A stretch of 64,000 bases of DNA from Raillietiella orientalis (lineage: Eukaryota): contig JAYWIR010000050.1 in the NCBI GenBank assembly GCA_036172245.1, forward strand, positions 62,001-126,000. Direction: 5' to 3'. Made by a program: the position numbers and the translations under genes. Within the stretch, counting starts at the first letter, position 1; each line of letters opens with the position of its first letter. Positions 61,150 to 64,000 of the stretch are shown here, piece after piece. Below the pieces are notes generated by a model that had not been told where the DNA came from, did not search any database, and was given only the letters and a program-made list of their open reading frames with translations.

Positions 61150-62700
61150 GAGGCAAACGGGTTTTCCGGGGAAGCAACGACGCACCGGCAGCTTTGATTC
61201 AACTTTCCAGGGGCAAGATGGAGAGGGGTGGTGCAGCTGCCTTCAGAAGGCAGAACGGGCGATCGGCCCGTTCCAAAGAGACTGGTTTTCTCTGACCGAA
61301 CGGGTCGCGGTGTAAAACACGCTCGTAGCTTTTTTCTTCCGCCTTCTGTTTTTTGTTTTCCCTCCACCGAGAACTATAAAAATGAGGACGAAGGATCTCC
61401 TGAGAATCGCCCTGTAAGGCAGTGGGAGGCGTTGAGTCCGCCTGAAGAACCTGTGCGCTCCGTGTGTCAACGGGCGCCTCTGCCTCTTGACGTTGGAGCA
61501 GCTAGAATGTCCGAAGCGACAGCTCCTGTGGAGAGCAGTCGCCCTACTAGCGAAGATGTGAACCACCCGCTGATACACAACATCCGCTCAGGCGAGCCAC
61601 CGGTTACGTGGAACTCTCTTCGTTCCTGGAACGGCAGAGAAAACGTAACGTGTCCTGCTGAGTTATGGAGTTTCGGCGAGTGGCCAGGCTGACCGAAGGG
61701 AGTAGTGCTTGGTTTTAGGAAGCCGTTCACACTTCTCCCCAGGACAAGGAAGCGATTTAGGAGATGTGACAGCGAGTTCTGCCCTCCCTTCTACACTGCA
61801 GGACGTAATGGCGCAGCCTGCCACGTGTGCGGGGGCGTAAATAACCTCGCTAGCTGCGGCACTGCCCTTCCTGAGAGCGGCAATTAGCTGGGCAGCAATT
61901 AGCTGCCTAAATGAGAGGTCGGCTGTGAAATCAGTCAGAAGACGGGAAAAATGGGTGGTTGGACCACGGGTCATCTCAGGGACATTGTGACCTTTATTGC
62001 TCTACCTGAAGGATTATTGCTCTAGAGCGAACTGATGGTCATTGCGCAGGAGGCCTTAGAGTGATGAAGAACAGAGCACTAAAGAACAACGGGTCCTACT
62101 CCTGGAGTGCCAGGAGTCGGCATTTCTGGTGTTGCACTGGGGACATTTGTGCAACGCTTGCCCATCTCATTGGACCCTGGGGACTGTGTCTTCCAACTGA
62201 TGCAGGTTTGGGGAACGGGAATACCTGCTCCATCTGCTTCTTGACTGTGCTGCCCTCCGACTTCTGTTCTTGAGTTCCGCAACGACCCTAGGTACCCAAA
62301 CGAATTACTCCGGAGGCGTGATCAAAATCCTCTTCGTGCACGATGCCATTTCGCCTGCTCGAGCCCTAGAAGCCCTATGCTGCCTATGTGAGATTGTGGC
62401 GGCCTGAGGCTATGCAGGAGGAGGCCGGCGCGACAGGGATATCATGTGCTTTACCCTGCATTTCCTGAGGACGGCAGCAAGATGACTCAATATGGGACAT
62501 AAACAGAAGGAAATTGTCGGCATCCAGGAATGCATAGGATGCCCACCAGCAGACACTGATCCCATTTCTTGACCCCCTGAGTTCTTTTTTTTATTATTGA
62601 TTTCTAGATGTTTTTCAATTTTCGTTTGCCCCTATCCATCCGTTGCCGAGGCAATCCTAGCCGGCCTGCATGCAGGTGACTCGGCAGGTTGCAAGCGTTT
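61150..62700 (+). mobile_element. Decayed Tx1-like ORF2 C-terminal half and 3' UTR
   Basis: WCSCLQKAERAIGPFQ...ERVAV; LCCLCEIVAA; T-rich UTR with ggtgactcggcag. Confidence 0.78.
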
Positions 62701-63459
62701 TCGGATAGAGTAGGGCCGATGGTCCTACACATGTCCCAAAAATGCCCCGGAATGAGCGGATGATGAATCCCTCAAGGGGGGAAAGGCTCCATTTTCAACG
62801 CCGACAGGAAGCCTCGGGGGACTACTTGATGGCCAGGAAGGATTGTGGAAGGTCGACTTGAAATGTTATCAGAATTCGTCAGAGAGCACATCCGCAGCAG
62901 ACCGAAAACGACCGGCGTCTTTCAGCAAGGAGACCCGAAACTTATGGTGCATTCTTCCGTTCTGAGTCGACCCTCCCTCGGGCGGGCTTCGAACACGCGG
63001 CGGCTGCGCGTAGGCCGCGGACGCGATGTTTCTTTTCCGGAGTGGGTGGCAGTGGACACGAAGAAAAGGGTCACCACGCAGGCAAAGTGGCTCGAAGCAG
63101 CAGAAATCCAGAATCCTCATCTGGGATCTCTTCCCCATGTCTCCCCATATTTTTGTAAATAGTGTGTATTTCTTTGTCCCTTCCCCCTCCGCTGCTGAGG
63201 CGAAACTCGCCGGCCTGCGTGCCGGTGCCTCGGCAGGTTCCGAACTCTTTCGGACAATGAACGGCCAGTGGTCCTCCACATGCTCGTTACTTTTTTTGAA
63301 ATAATAAAGTACTTGGCAAACCTGGGTGTGAAACCACGTGCGACTCGGCAAGTCTCCTCGTCGGGGAGGCTTGCAGGGTCGACCTGCCTTCCCAACCGCC
63401 TTTACGGCTTAACTATCCTCCTGCTGCTGCACCTTGACAAGGAACATCCTTTTTAGAGA

Positions 63460-64000
63460 GCAACACGTGTACGGCGTGCTGGTGCGCCGCGGGTTACGGC
63501 AGGGCGACAGCCTCAGCCCCCAGCTCTTCAGCATCTACTTTGAGTTGGTGCTGAGAGCATACAGGGAGACTTTGGCAACCCTGCCGAGCCCTTGTCTCGG
63601 CACGCTTCCCGTGTCGGCCTTTGCCGACGACCTCCTGCTCCTGCTCCCCGGGTCCATCCCGTCATCGGCGCTCGAGGAGTTCTTCGAGTTGCTGCGCCGC
63701 GGAACAGACCTTGAGGTGAACAGGACGAAGTCGTCGACCATCTTCTCGGACTCGTCGCAGGAAGGACGGTCGGATTGGATCCGTTTGGTGATCCCCACCG
63801 GTGGGAACATCAAGTACCTTGGCGTTCCGCTGGTGGACTTCTGCGTTGCAGAAGCGTGGTCCCACCGTCTTCAAAAGGTGGAGTTAGCGATCGGCTCGTT
63901 CCGGGACAGCGAGCTTTACTTGCGGGAACGGGCCGCGGTGTGGAACGCGTTCGCGGCCCCTCTCCTTCGCCCCCTGCTTTTTATTTGCCCCGTACCCCGT
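63460..64000 (+). mobile_element. Tx1-like RT fragment (runs off window)
   Basis: GLRQGDSLSPQLF, AFADDLL, KYLGVP. Confidence 0.92.

Overview
Eukaryotic (arthropod-like) sequence with three layers; no prokaryotic features or CRISPR array. (1) 1-~6960: a block of invertebrate mitochondrial DNA (nad4 end, trnH, nad5, trnR, nad3, a shuffled cluster of armless tRNAs, cox3, atp6, atp8, trnD, cox2, two trnL copies around a decayed cox2 duplicate, truncated and damaged cox1). It is fused to GC-richer nuclear DNA, so it is most likely a NUMT. (2) ~11.8-38.4 kb and ~46.6-64 kb: a dense, bidirectional, nested pile of non-LTR retrotransposon fragments. Most are L1/Tx1-like (gag-like ORF1 with two CCHC knuckles; APE-RT-zinc-finger ORF2), with a second L1-like family and a NeSL/Utopia-like RLE element. 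The Tx1-like copies share a 5' motif (GCGGACGTGTTTT) and a structured, poly(A)-less 3' end (CCGGGTGAAA), and their ends recur antisense at the same conserved RT motifs of other copies. (3) Host-type genes: a spliced orphan gene present twice, and a multi-exon secreted pepsin-fold gene (41987-45189) with non-canonical active-site motifs. Much of the window is one large inverted duplication (6965-37789 vs 50773-60597). Each arm has a deletion bounded by microhomology and the same perfect 46-bp palindrome. All calls were made by eye without database searches; transposon boundaries are approximate.
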